Below are positions 18,298-27,490 of a stretch of 64,000 nucleotides of DNA, in pieces. How positions within the stretch are numbered: the stretch's first letter is position 1; every line of letters begins with the position of its first letter. The position numbers and the translations under genes were made by a program. Location of the stretch: NCBI GenBank assembly GCA_003009795.1, contig PXPE01000001.1, positions 320,739 through 384,738 on the forward strand. Direction: 5' to 3'. The notes below the pieces were generated by a model that saw only the letters and a list, made by a program, of their open reading frames with translations, was not told where the DNA came from and searched no databases. This DNA comes from Nanohaloarchaea archaeon SW_7_43_1. GTDB taxonomy: Archaea > Nanohalarchaeota > Nanosalinia > Nanosalinales > Nanosalinaceae.

Positions 18298-20100
18298 TCA
18301 GTTGTCTTCCTCAAGTTCGAGTTCTGTGTCTATCATCATGGATTTTAGTTCATTCATGAGGAGCAGGAATGCGTGTGGTACATCGGTTTTATCCATGTCT
18401 CCTGCGTCACAGTGTGGGCAGTAATCCCTGTTTTCTGCCTTGTCGTGTATTCCCATTTCTCCGCAGTTTTCACATATCATGATTTCTGTGGCGTCAGCTC
18501 CGAACCTTTCCTTGAGGAGTAGGGATGCTCCGTGTCCTACGAAGACGTCTTTTTCCATCTCTCCGAGTCTTAGTCCTCCTTCTTGAGATCTTCCTTCGGT
18601 CGGCTGTTTTGTTAGGAGTGTGACCGGGCCTCTTCCACGTGCATGGATTTTGTCTCCGACTTGGTGGTCGAGTTTGAGGTAGTATCCTGGTCCGATAAGG
18701 ATTTCTGCTTCCATTTCTTCTCCGGTTACTCCGTTATACATTTTTTCTTTCCCGCTTCTCTGGAATCCAAGTTTTTCGAGCTGATCTCTGAGTTCGTCTT
18801 TGTCTTCTGAGTGGAATGCTGTTCCGTCTACCGGTTCCCCTCTCATTGCTCCGACTTTTCCGCCTATGATTTCGATTAGCTGTGATACGGTCATACGGCT
18901 CGGGATTGCGTGTGTTGATAGTATCATGTCGGGTGTGATTCCCTGGTTTGTGAAAGGCATGTTTTCTTCCGGTACGATCATTCCTACTGTTCCTTTTTGT
19001 CCGTGTCTTGTTGCAAACTTGTCACCAAGCTCCGGGATTCTGTAGTTTCTGAGCTTCAGTTTGATGAGTTTGTCGCCCTCGCTTGTCTCGGAGACCATTA
19101 TGTTGTCTATTTTTCCTTCTTCTCCGTGTCTTACGGTGAGACTTGTTTCTCTTCTGTCTGCCAGTCCCATCTTTACCTCGTTTCCGCCTCCGGATCCAAG
19201 GAATTTTGGTGGTGAGGTTTTTCCTACAAGTACGTCGTCTGATTCTACTTTTGTTTCCGGATTTACGATTCCGTCTTGATCGAGGTGTGCATAGTCTTCT
19301 TCGCTTCTGTATCCTCTGACATCTTTGTCAGGTGTTCCGATTTTATCTTTTTGTCCTCCCCAGAATCTCTGGGCCTCTGTTTTGTATGTTCTTGCGTATG
19401 TGCTTCTTCCTATACCTCTTTCTATGGACGCTTTGTTCATGATTACAGCGTCTTCAATGTTGTATCCGTCGAAGGATGCGAGAGCTACAATCATGTTCTG
19501 ACCTATTGGATGGTTCTCTAGAAGTGTATCATATGTCTGTGTCTCGACAATCGGCTGTTGTGGATAGGTCATTACGTTTGAGTTTGTGTCAAACCTTTGA
19601 GGATACTCTCGTGAGTACATTCCAATTCCCTGACCGGACATTTTTGCTCCGAAGTTTACTCTGTCTCCTCTGTTGTGCTGTGGGAAGACTGTCAGCGAAG
19701 CTGATAGTCCGTGTGTAATGGCGGGATCTATCTCCATGTGAGTATGCTCTTCTGTTACCTCTTCTTCATCCATTGCCACATATGTGTTTTCTTCTTCCTC
19801 TGCGTCTATGTGCTCAATTGCTCCTTCTTCTTCAAGATCTCCAAGCGTGATCTCTCCTGATTCCAGTTTTTCTCTCTGTTCGTCATCCATCTGAGGTTCT
19901 CCATCCTCAACTATAATTACAGGTCTTTGAACCCTTCCGGAATCAGTGTTGATCCTGAGCTCGTCCTTATCGTCTGCGTAGTATACTGATACCTGTTTGT
20001 CGATATCTCCTGATCTCCTTTTTTCTATTAGAGATTCCTTTAACTCTTCAGGTCCGTCAATTTCATCGATTATTTCTCCGTCCAGAAATACATTAGTCAT
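18298..20100 (-). CDS. rpoB1: DNA-directed RNA polymerase subunit B' (C-terminal part of split Rpo2)
   Basis: GDKFATRHGQKGTVG and C-terminal Zn ribbon CENCG...CPHC. AGGTGA lies upstream. Confidence 0.97.
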   Translation of the reverse strand: MTNVFLDGEIIDEIDGPEELKESLIEKRRSGDIDKQVSVYYADDKDELRINTDSGRVQRPVIIVEDGEPQMDDEQREKLESGEITLGDLEEEGAIEHIDAEEEENTYVAMDEEEVTEEHTHMEIDPAITHGLSASLTVFPQHNRGDRVNFGAKMSGQGIGMYSREYPQRFDTNSNVMTYPQQPIVETQTYDTLLENHPIGQNMIVALASFDGYNIEDAVIMNKASIERGIGRSTYARTYKTEAQRFWGGQKDKIGTPDKDVRGYRSEEDYAHLDQDGIVNPETKVESDDVLVGKTSPPKFLGSGGGNEVKMGLADRRETSLTVRHGEEGKIDNIMVSETSEGDKLIKLKLRNYRIPELGDKFATRHGQKGTVGMIVPEENMPFTNQGITPDMILSTHAIPSRMTVSQLIEIIGGKVGAMRGEPVDGTAFHSEDKDELRDQLEKLGFQRSGKEKMYNGVTGEEMEAEILIGPGYYLKLDHQVGDKIHARGRGPVTLLTKQPTEGRSQEGGLRLGEMEKDVFVGHGASLLLKERFGADATEIMICENCGEMGIHDKAENRDYCPHCDAGDMDKTDVPHAFLLLMNELKSMMIDTELELEEDN

Positions 20101-20182
20101 TAATTGATCACCTTTTGAGTTTTTCTCTGTTTTTCTGTAGTTTCTCTGAAGTTCATAGTATATATTTTAGCTGCCATTCTGA

Positions 20183-21640
20183 TTACCTTGCGTCGATTCC
20201 TTCTTCCTCAAGTTTTGCTTTTATCGAGTTTTTCTCCATACTGTTCATTCCTGTTGAGACGTTCGCTGACATAGCTAGGTGTGTTCTAAGTCCGATGTTC
20301 ATACCTTCAGGGGTTTTAATCGGACAGATTCTTCCCCACTGTGTTGGATGTAAATCTCGGGCTTCAAAGTGCTGTCTGTCCGAGCTGAGCGGTGAGACAA
20401 CGTTTCTCAGATGTGATAGTGTTTTGATTCTGTTTCCTCTGTCAAGTCTCTGACAGATTCCTGTTCTTCCTCCAACCCAGTTTCCTGTTGCCATTGCTCC
20501 CATGATCTGTTTCGATAAAGTGTCCGCGACGATTGTTGACTGGAGTGAAGGCAGTCGTCCTCTTTTTGCGGATTTCCTGAAGTTGTATTTCATCCTTGCA
20601 AGCAGACCCCATTTACCGAGGAATACTGATCTAAACTGCATTTCCAGAAGTCCGCCGGCAAGATTCAGTCTCTTGTTTGCGTAGTGATCCATGTCATCTT
20701 CTCTAATATCTCCTTTCCCTAATGCAATTGTATTTCTAATCAGGTTGGCCAGAAAAACTGCTTTCTCCTCCCTAACGTCCGATTCCTGCCCTAGATGCGG
20801 TAGAAGGTACTCATCAAGGATTGAGTCAACTCTTTCCTCAACATCTGAAGTAATTCCTGCTTGATTGGCTACATATTCGTATGCCTCTTCCTGATTTGAA
20901 GCACCGGTCTCGTATAGATTTAGATAGACATCGGAAGCATAATCCTCGCCTATCTCTTCTACTATTTCCTTGTCGGTCTCGTATCCCAGCGCCCTGATAA
21001 GTGAGACTGCTGGAGTGTTTTTAACGTTCGCAAATGATATTTCTACAATATCATCTTCTCTCACAAGCTGATGTCTCTGTACATATCCTGAGCTTTCCGA
21101 GTTGATCCTACAGGTCTGTTCCCCATCGTCTTCCTGGTAGATAGGTTTGTTATTAACCATCTCCTCCATGCAGATCAATGTCTTCTCTGATCCGTTGATG
21201 ACGAAGTAGCCGCCGGAATCTTCAGGGTCTTCTCCATGTTCTCTTTTCTCTTCTTCATCCCAATCAGAGGACCAGCAGAGATCGCTTCCAACCATTACCG
21301 GGATCTCTCCAATTGTAACTTCCTCTGAATCCTGCTGAACTCCTTCGAAGATTGGCGTCATTGTAACTTTGATCTCTGAGGAGTATGTTAGATCCCTCAT
21401 CCTTGCCTCTTTAGGTGTAATCTCTCTTACAGAACCGTCTGCTTCGTTAATTTTGGGTCTCTTGATATCGACATCTACTATTTTTATGACAAGCTCTTCG
21501 CCATCCGGTAGCTCTGGCTTGATCTCCCCTACTTCGTTTAGGATTGCTTGTACTCTTTCCTCAACGAAGCGGTTATATGAATCTATCTGGTGTTTTACTA
21601 TGTTGCGGTCGATTAGCTGGTTTAGGAATTCTTTCTGCAT
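20183..21640 (-). CDS. rpoB2: DNA-directed RNA polymerase subunit B'' (N-terminal part of split Rpo2)
   Basis: 485 aa. Conserved N-terminal Rpo2 blocks (HQIDSYNRFV, PVMVGSDLC, FVINGSEK). AGGTGAT Shine-Dalgarno. Confidence 0.95.
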   Translation of the reverse strand: MQKEFLNQLIDRNIVKHQIDSYNRFVEERVQAILNEVGEIKPELPDGEELVIKIVDVDIKRPKINEADGSVREITPKEARMRDLTYSSEIKVTMTPIFEGVQQDSEEVTIGEIPVMVGSDLCWSSDWDEEEKREHGEDPEDSGGYFVINGSEKTLICMEEMVNNKPIYQEDDGEQTCRINSESSGYVQRHQLVREDDIVEISFANVKNTPAVSLIRALGYETDKEIVEEIGEDYASDVYLNLYETGASNQEEAYEYVANQAGITSDVEERVDSILDEYLLPHLGQESDVREEKAVFLANLIRNTIALGKGDIREDDMDHYANKRLNLAGGLLEMQFRSVFLGKWGLLARMKYNFRKSAKRGRLPSLQSTIVADTLSKQIMGAMATGNWVGGRTGICQRLDRGNRIKTLSHLRNVVSPLSSDRQHFEARDLHPTQWGRICPIKTPEGMNIGLRTHLAMSANVSTGMNSMEKNSIKAKLEEEGIDAR

Positions 21641-21647
21641 AATTAAA

Positions 21648-21884
21648 TCACCTTTCGATAACTGTCCTATAATAGGTCGTTTTCCCTGCGGTAGGGCTTT
21701 CTCTCCGTATTTCGATTACGTCGCCAACTCCGATATCCATCTGTTTTAAAGCGGCATCTGTCCGCTCTATCTTCGGCAAATTATCTTTTTCTGCGTCGTA
21801 CTTTTCTAGAACCTCTTCTACTTCGTCTTCATCGAGTTTGCGGTGTTCGGGAACTGCTTCGTGATCGGTTACGTCAATGGCCAT
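21648..21884 (-). CDS. rpoH: DNA-directed RNA polymerase subunit H (Rpo5)
   Basis: 78 aa. HEAVPEHRKLDEDEVEEVLEKY...LPKI...GDVIEIRRESPTAG. First gene of the RNAP block. Confidence 0.9.
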   Translation of the reverse strand: MAIDVTDHEAVPEHRKLDEDEVEEVLEKYDAEKDNLPKIERTDAALKQMDIGVGDVIEIRRESPTAGKTTYYRTVIER

Positions 21885-21950
21885 GTTTTATAATCCTCGC
21901 TGGGGAATCCGTTAGGTTTGAGAAGTTACATCAAAAAAGCGTTCAAGTAA

Positions 21951-21960
21951 ATTTTAAATA
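21951..21960 (-). promoter_or_regulatory. TATA-like box (TATTTAAAAT on minus strand) upstream of rpoH
   Basis: The only strong A/T box in the 137-nt gap between the radC-like stop and the rpoH start. Confidence 0.3.
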
Positions 21961-22021
21961 GGTAGTCCGGTTGTCCCGAAAGGTACTTAATAGGCTTTTG
22001 GTTCCGGCGTGTTTTTACCTT

Positions 22022-22687
22022 TCAGAACTTAACACTGGAATCCGATCTCATACTTTCGATGGTATTTCCGACTATTACATGATCCAGAATTTCAACACCC
22101 AGGTTTCTTCCCAAATCCACTATTCTCTCCGTCGTTTCAACATCTTTTTCTGTCGCCGATGCTTTCCCCGAGGGATGGTTGTGTGCGATTATTACCGCAG
22201 CTCCATTCTCCTGAAGTGATTTTCGGAAAATCTTTCTGGGAGAAAAGCTGGCGGAAGCCACCTCTCCGTCGAACTCAACCTCTCTCAGTAACTTGTTTCC
22301 GGACGATAGAATGAACACTCTAACAAGCTCAGACTCCATGTACATCATGTCCTGAACCCGCGACTCTACATCTGAAAGACTAGAAATCTCTTCTTTCTCC
22401 TCATTCTGCATTCTTCTCGATAATTCCCCAAGAGCTTTCAATTGACCTGATTTAACCCGGGAAACGCCTTCGAACTTCTGCAGATCTTCCAAAGTCCTAT
22501 TAGCAAGTCCGGAAAGAGTATGAGAACTGAGAATTTCTCCGCTCAGCTCTTTCACATTTTTCCCTGAAGTTCCCGTTCTTAAGATTAAAGAAAGTAGTTC
22601 TACGTCTGTCATTGCTGAAGCGCTGTTTTGATCCAGTTTTTCTCGAGGTCGCTCACTTTCAGGCAGGTCTTTAATTCTATAATCCAT
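22022..22687 (-). CDS. radC: RadC-like JAB-domain protein
   Basis: N-terminal LPESERPREKL, then HhH-like TDVELLSLILRTGTSGKNV, then JAB motif IIAHNHPSGKASATEKD. I start at ATG 22685-22687 because ATAATTAAAAAT lies 25-35 nt upstream, inside the longer GTG-initiated ORF. Confidence 0.8.
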   Translation of the reverse strand: MDYRIKDLPESERPREKLDQNSASAMTDVELLSLILRTGTSGKNVKELSGEILSSHTLSGLANRTLEDLQKFEGVSRVKSGQLKALGELSRRMQNEEKEEISSLSDVESRVQDMMYMESELVRVFILSSGNKLLREVEFDGEVASASFSPRKIFRKSLQENGAAVIIAHNHPSGKASATEKDVETTERIVDLGRNLGVEILDHVIVGNTIESMRSDSSVKF

Positions 22688-22767
22688 ATTTCTGGTTCTA
22701 AACTGCTGATTTTTAATTATCCTGGTTGCTGTCACTGGTTTAACTCTTTACATGCACAAGCCTCTAC

Positions 22768-23550
22768 ATGGAGAAAATTATCAAAAATCCCTCGTTTTCG
22801 AAAGCTTCAGAAATCCTTTCCGAGTACTTGAGAAGAAACTTTACGGTTCAGGTATCCGGTCTCTGCTCGGTCAATTACCAGGGCAGAGCCAAGTCGAAGC
22901 TAGATAGAGGTGAAAGACTGGTTATCAAGAAACAGGATTCGGCTTTGCTTGTGCATGGACCAGAGAATTACCAGCCTAAGAACTGGCAGCCTAAGGTTGA
23001 TGAATGGGAGGTTGAAGCTCAAGAGGATGAGCTTCTTCTGAAAGCCCGAAGGAAGAATCCGGACGAGATAGTGGAAGTAAGATTTGAGGATCTGGAGTTT
23101 TTGATAGTTACGCAACTTGTAGATTCTTCAGATCTCAAGATCAGAGGTCATGAAATTGATATCCATGAGTCGATTGAGGAGGATCCTAAGATTGTTGAGA
23201 AAGAGCTGAAGGTTGTGGAACGGGAAAAAGAGACTCCAGCCGGTTTCATAGACGTTTTCGGCCGTGACTCGGAAGGCAATTATGTCGTTATAGAAGTAAA
23301 GCGTAACCCTGACTACAACACTGTTCTCCAGTTGCAAAGGTATGTGGATGAGATTGAGGATGAGTTCTCCTTAGACGTTAGAGGGATACTGGTTGCACCG
23401 AAGATGACTGATAAAGTTCTTGACTATCTTAAGGAGCGAGGCCTGGAGTTTGTTGGGGTCGAAATGGAGGATGTGATCGCGTCATATGAGACAATAGATA
23501 ATTCACAGAAGGGCTTGAGCGATTTTAATCCTGATTATGAAGTTGATTAA
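22768..23550 (+). CDS. nucS: endonuclease NucS (EndoMS) family
   Basis: 260 aa. C-terminal nuclease core GFIDVFGRDSEGNYVVIEVKR...QLQRYV. Confidence 0.85.
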   Translation: MEKIIKNPSFSKASEILSEYLRRNFTVQVSGLCSVNYQGRAKSKLDRGERLVIKKQDSALLVHGPENYQPKNWQPKVDEWEVEAQEDELLLKARRKNPDEIVEVRFEDLEFLIVTQLVDSSDLKIRGHEIDIHESIEEDPKIVEKELKVVEREKETPAGFIDVFGRDSEGNYVVIEVKRNPDYNTVLQLQRYVDEIEDEFSLDVRGILVAPKMTDKVLDYLKERGLEFVGVEMEDVIASYETIDNSQKGLSDFNPDYEVD

Positions 23551-23864
23551 ATCTTTTCCTGATAAAACTCCATTATCTGGTTTACCTTCTCTTCAATATT
23601 TCCGAAGCAGATTAGATCGACTTCTGTACTTTCCCACTCATTACTGTATGCGTGGGCGTTGATCTGATATTTACCGGATTCTGATGCGAAGATGGCTTCT
23701 CTACCTTTGTCGTGATCCTCAATCTGGTACGGGAACTTATATTCGATAACTGTATCCAGGTCTATTAGAGAATTATATACTTCGTCAATTGATTTTTCGG
23801 TCTTCCAAGAGGCTGTGTTGAAACCAGGATTGCGTCTTCTTTCCTCTTTCCGGTGTCTTATCAC
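23547..23864 (-). CDS. hypothetical protein
   Basis: 105-aa ORF convergent with nucS (4-nt overlap of the 3' ends). No motif recognised. Confidence 0.45.
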   Translation of the reverse strand: MIRHRKEERRRNPGFNTASWKTEKSIDEVYNSLIDLDTVIEYKFPYQIEDHDKGREAIFASESGKYQINAHAYSNEWESTEVDLICFGNIEEKVNQIMEFYQEKI

Positions 23865-24111
23865 GAGAAAATAAAATGGGGAGAAAATGTTAAATCAGAA
23901 ATCTTTCTGGACCCTCTATTTCAGTTTTGTCCAAGTTCAGTTAATAGTTTGATCGTCTGCTTTGCGTTCGTACAGTTATTGTTTTCCATTTGAATTCATT
24001 CTTATTACTATCTTTCCTTTCACTTCAACCGCTTTCCAAAGCCTTTCTTAATTTCCACTGTGATAGTTCTTAGTCAACTGTCAAAAAGTTTCCGAACGGT
24101 TTTCCCTGTTT

Positions 24112-26070
24112 ATGTGTAGCATATCTGGAGCTGAGGAAGAAAAGCTGGTTGAAAGACTGATTCAATGTACGGAACACAGAGGCGACAGCCCTAGCTTAGA
24201 AAAGGTAGAGGATCTCTGTCTGGGCCACGTGCTTCACTCTATCGTTGGTGAAGTCAGCCAGCCGTTAGGAAATGAGGGATTGATTTCAGCTAACTGCGAG
24301 ATCTACAACTGGAAAGAGCTAAGAGAGAAATACGGGCTTGAAGCCGAAAATGATGCGGAGCTTCTGCTAAAAATGCTTGATAGAGAAGGTTTGGATGCGC
24401 TCCAGGAACTTGATGGCATCTATGCTTTCGCCTACCTGAAAGATCAAGAACTGGTCATTGCCAGAGACGTGACCGGAGTTAATCCTGTCTGGTACTCCAA
24501 AGAGCCTTTTGTATTCTGCTCGGAGAAACAGGCGCTGGAAAAAAATGAGATAGAATGCCGGGAGCTGCATCCGAGAAGAATACTGAAATATAATATTGAA
24601 ACCAGTGAGATCAGCTTCAAAAACAGGGAGTTCTTCGAGATAGATGTCGGAGAGAGGAAGAGTATAGATGAACGTGCCGAGGAAATAAAGGAGCTCTTCC
24701 TGAAATCAGTGGAGAAGAGAGTTCCTGAGGAAGAGGATGTAGCACTTTTATTCTCTGGGGGAGTTGACTCTACGATGGTTGCAGCTGCTCTCCAGGAACT
24801 TGGTATTGGTTTCACCGCTTACACTGCAGGGATCCAGTACGGAAACATTGATGCACCTAGAGATGTTAAGTGGGCAGAAGAAATCGCTGACGAAATGGAT
24901 ATAGACCTTGAAGTTCATGAATCGAATCTGGAGGAGGTTGAGGAAAGCCTGAGAGAGATTACCGAATGGATTTCTTCCAGCTCTACGGTGAAAAACGGGG
25001 TGGCTCTGCCCTTTCATCTATCCCTACAACAGACAGATGAGAAAGTAGTGATGTCAGGTCTCGGGTCGGAGCAACTTTACGCAGGTTATCATAGACAGCA
25101 AGGCTATTTGAACAAAGAATGTCTGTCCGGTTTGAGAGGTATTTTCGAGCGTGATCTGTACCGTGATAATGTCATCAGTTTCAGGAATGGCTGTGAGCTT
25201 CGAGTGCCTTTCCTTGATCACAGTCTAATTGAACATGCACTTACAGTACCTGAAGATTACAAGGTCAATGAGGAATACAGGAAACTTGTGCTGAGGAATG
25301 CAGCGGAGAAACTTGGAGTTCCTGAAAAAGTTGTCTGGAGAAATAAAACTGCGGCACAGTACGGCAGTAACTTCGATAAGGCGATCAATCGGCTTGCCAA
25401 GAATAACAGTTTTGACCTTAAGCAGAAGTATCTGAACTCGCTGAGAGATAAATCTAACAACAGATTGGTTGCACTGACTTCAGGAGGTAAAGACTCCAAT
25501 GCAGCACTTTATCGAATGAAACGTAGGAACAATGATATCAGCTGTCTGCTTACTTTGAGAAGTGAGAACAAAGATAGTTACATGTTCGACTCGAAGAAAA
25601 AGAGGAAAGACCTAGAATGGCAGTCAGAGCAGCTTGATACACCTCTTATCATTCAGGAGACAAAGGGTCAAAAAGAAGAAGAGCTGGAGGATCTGAAGAA
25701 AGGACTGGAAAGAGCTATCAATGAGTATAATGTTGAAGTTGTCGTCGCTGGCGCTCTGGCATCGACATATCAGCGTGACAGAGTGGAGAAGATTGCTGAG
25801 GAGCTTGGTCTGAAGGTCTTTGCACCGCTTTGGCAGGAGTATCAGGAGAATTACATGAAGTGGCTGGTGAGGGAAGGATTCCAGGTGGAGATAACTGATG
25901 TTGCGGCACGAGGGCTGGAGAAATCTTGGGAGGGGAAGGTTTTGGATCAGGAATCCGTAGATAAACTAATAGAGCTTTCCCAGGAGTACGGTTTCAATCC
26001 AGCTGGAGAAGGCGGAGAGTACGAGACGAAAGTAGTGGGATTTCCCAGCTCTATGTTTTCAGATAAGTAA
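24112..26070 (+). CDS. fusion protein: class-II glutamine amidotransferase + asparagine-synthetase-type PP-loop domain + Dph6-like (diphthine-ammonia ligase family) PP-loop domain
   Basis: MCSISG (Cys2), EHRGDSP, NCEIYNW, ARDVTGVNPVWY; LLFSGGVDST...SGLGSEQLYAGYHR; then LTSGGKDSN, GALASTYQRDRVEKIAEELGLKVFAPLW and EGGEYET. All in one uninterrupted 652-codon frame. Confidence 0.8.
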   Translation: MCSISGAEEEKLVERLIQCTEHRGDSPSLEKVEDLCLGHVLHSIVGEVSQPLGNEGLISANCEIYNWKELREKYGLEAENDAELLLKMLDREGLDALQELDGIYAFAYLKDQELVIARDVTGVNPVWYSKEPFVFCSEKQALEKNEIECRELHPRRILKYNIETSEISFKNREFFEIDVGERKSIDERAEEIKELFLKSVEKRVPEEEDVALLFSGGVDSTMVAAALQELGIGFTAYTAGIQYGNIDAPRDVKWAEEIADEMDIDLEVHESNLEEVEESLREITEWISSSSTVKNGVALPFHLSLQQTDEKVVMSGLGSEQLYAGYHRQQGYLNKECLSGLRGIFERDLYRDNVISFRNGCELRVPFLDHSLIEHALTVPEDYKVNEEYRKLVLRNAAEKLGVPEKVVWRNKTAAQYGSNFDKAINRLAKNNSFDLKQKYLNSLRDKSNNRLVALTSGGKDSNAALYRMKRRNNDISCLLTLRSENKDSYMFDSKKKRKDLEWQSEQLDTPLIIQETKGQKEEELEDLKKGLERAINEYNVEVVVAGALASTYQRDRVEKIAEELGLKVFAPLWQEYQENYMKWLVREGFQVEITDVAARGLEKSWEGKVLDQESVDKLIELSQEYGFNPAGEGGEYETKVVGFPSSMFSDK

Positions 26071-26541
26071 CGCAGCCAGGAAAATTATCAGTGTTAGACC
26101 TGTCAGGAATCCCTGGATGATAGCCGATCCCAGTACAGAGATCGCTGTGTAGGCTGCTGCTTTAAGACTTTTCTTCGATTCTCCTGTTATAAGGTATTCT
26201 CTTGCCAGCACAACTCCTGTAACTCCGGCAATCATTCCAACCGGTCCGGCCACAAAGAAGAATACAAGTCCGGCGATCGCCGCCATCTGAACGGTTTTAT
26301 TCGAGGCACCACCAGCTTTTGAACCTATCGCACCGGCAAACAGATCAAACAGAAGCGCTGTTAAAGCAGTTAGGTAGAGCAAAACAACTACAACTATACT
26401 CGGCTGTGTGAAACCTGTGTTCCACCAGTACAAAGTCACTCCGATAATTGAGAGCAGAGCACCTGGAACGAGTGGAGCAAAACTCCCTATTACACCTGCG
26501 ACAAGAAGCAAAACTGAAAGACCAAGTATCAGATCCACCAT
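26059..26541 (-). CDS. DUF456-like small polytopic membrane protein
   Basis: 160 aa with four hydrophobic helices. N-terminal GVIGSFAPLVPGALL resembles the DUF456 signature. Confidence 0.55.
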   Translation of the reverse strand: MVDLILGLSVLLLVAGVIGSFAPLVPGALLSIIGVTLYWWNTGFTQPSIVVVVLLYLTALTALLFDLFAGAIGSKAGGASNKTVQMAAIAGLVFFFVAGPVGMIAGVTGVVLAREYLITGESKKSLKAAAYTAISVLGSAIIQGFLTGLTLIIFLAALLI

Positions 26542-26545
26542 CTAT

Positions 26546-27418
26546 TCATCCTCCGACTTCCAGGTATTTGTCAAGAGTTTTCATTTTATCTATCTGAAGA
26601 CCCAGGTTTTTTACGGCGTTTTCTTCAGTAATATTGTCTGTCCTCAGGGAGTAATACTGGTCAATGCCAAAAGGAGAGAAAGGAATTCTTTCGGAAATTG
26701 TCATTGCCAGCTTAAATATTGGCATCGGTAAACCCAGAGCTTTCAGGCTTCTTCTCTTGCTTTTCTCGATTTTTACCGCTATCTCGCCGAGGCTCAGTCT
26801 CTCAGATCCACCGACTTCAAATTTTTCTCCGGAATATTCATCTTCTAGAGAATTTTCTATCAGAGTCACAACTTCCTTGACATAGATTGGCTGGAACTTG
26901 GTGCTTTTTCCAGGTAAAACTGTGAGATATGGAGTCGTCAGACTGGAAAGAAACTCAAGAAACTGTCCGCCATTCCCGAACATTGTTGAAGGTTTCATTA
27001 TCCTCCAGTCAAGGTTCGAGTTCTCAACATATTTCTCGGCCTCTCCTTTGGTTCTCAGGTACTCTGTATCTGCGTTCTCATCAGCGCCTAGAGCGCTCAT
27101 ATGGAAAAATTTCTCTACTTCATCTTCCTGGGCCTGATTTACAACATTTCTTGTTCCTTCAAAATGTATTTTACTATAAGGTATAGGAGGTTTTTTCAGT
27201 GGAGAGAGTGCTACAAGATGAATTACGCATTCATAATCTGAGAAATCCAGAACTTCCTTGTCTGTTACATCGATTCTCTCTCGTTCAACTTCTTCAGGCA
27301 GTTCGAGTGTTGCTTCTTCCGGGCTCAGGCTTCCGACAGTAACTTCGTGGTTCTCTACCAGTTTTCTGGTTAGATGTGATCCGACGAAACCTGTTCCACC
27401 TGTTATGAAAATCCTCAT
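26546..27418 (-). CDS. NAD(P)-dependent epimerase/dehydratase-family (extended SDR) protein
   Basis: Rossmann motif MRIFITGGTGFVGSHL. 290 aa. Confidence 0.8.
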   Translation of the reverse strand: MRIFITGGTGFVGSHLTRKLVENHEVTVGSLSPEEATLELPEEVERERIDVTDKEVLDFSDYECVIHLVALSPLKKPPIPYSKIHFEGTRNVVNQAQEDEVEKFFHMSALGADENADTEYLRTKGEAEKYVENSNLDWRIMKPSTMFGNGGQFLEFLSSLTTPYLTVLPGKSTKFQPIYVKEVVTLIENSLEDEYSGEKFEVGGSERLSLGEIAVKIEKSKRRSLKALGLPMPIFKLAMTISERIPFSPFGIDQYYSLRTDNITEENAVKNLGLQIDKMKTLDKYLEVGG

Positions 27419-27490
27419 GAAATAATTTTCTCAGACACAAGTTTAACTCCCACCGCTTTCTTCTTAAGAATTCATATCAAAACAAGATGT

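Noticed and set aside
14719-21749. Numerous 60-160-aa plus-strand ORFs opposite the RNA polymerase genes (similar ones lie opposite EF-2, gatE, thermosome and gatD)
   Set aside because: Ser/Leu/Phe/Cys-rich, non-acidic translations are typical of the reverse strand of GAA/GAT-rich acidic genes. They are fully contained within strongly supported conserved genes.
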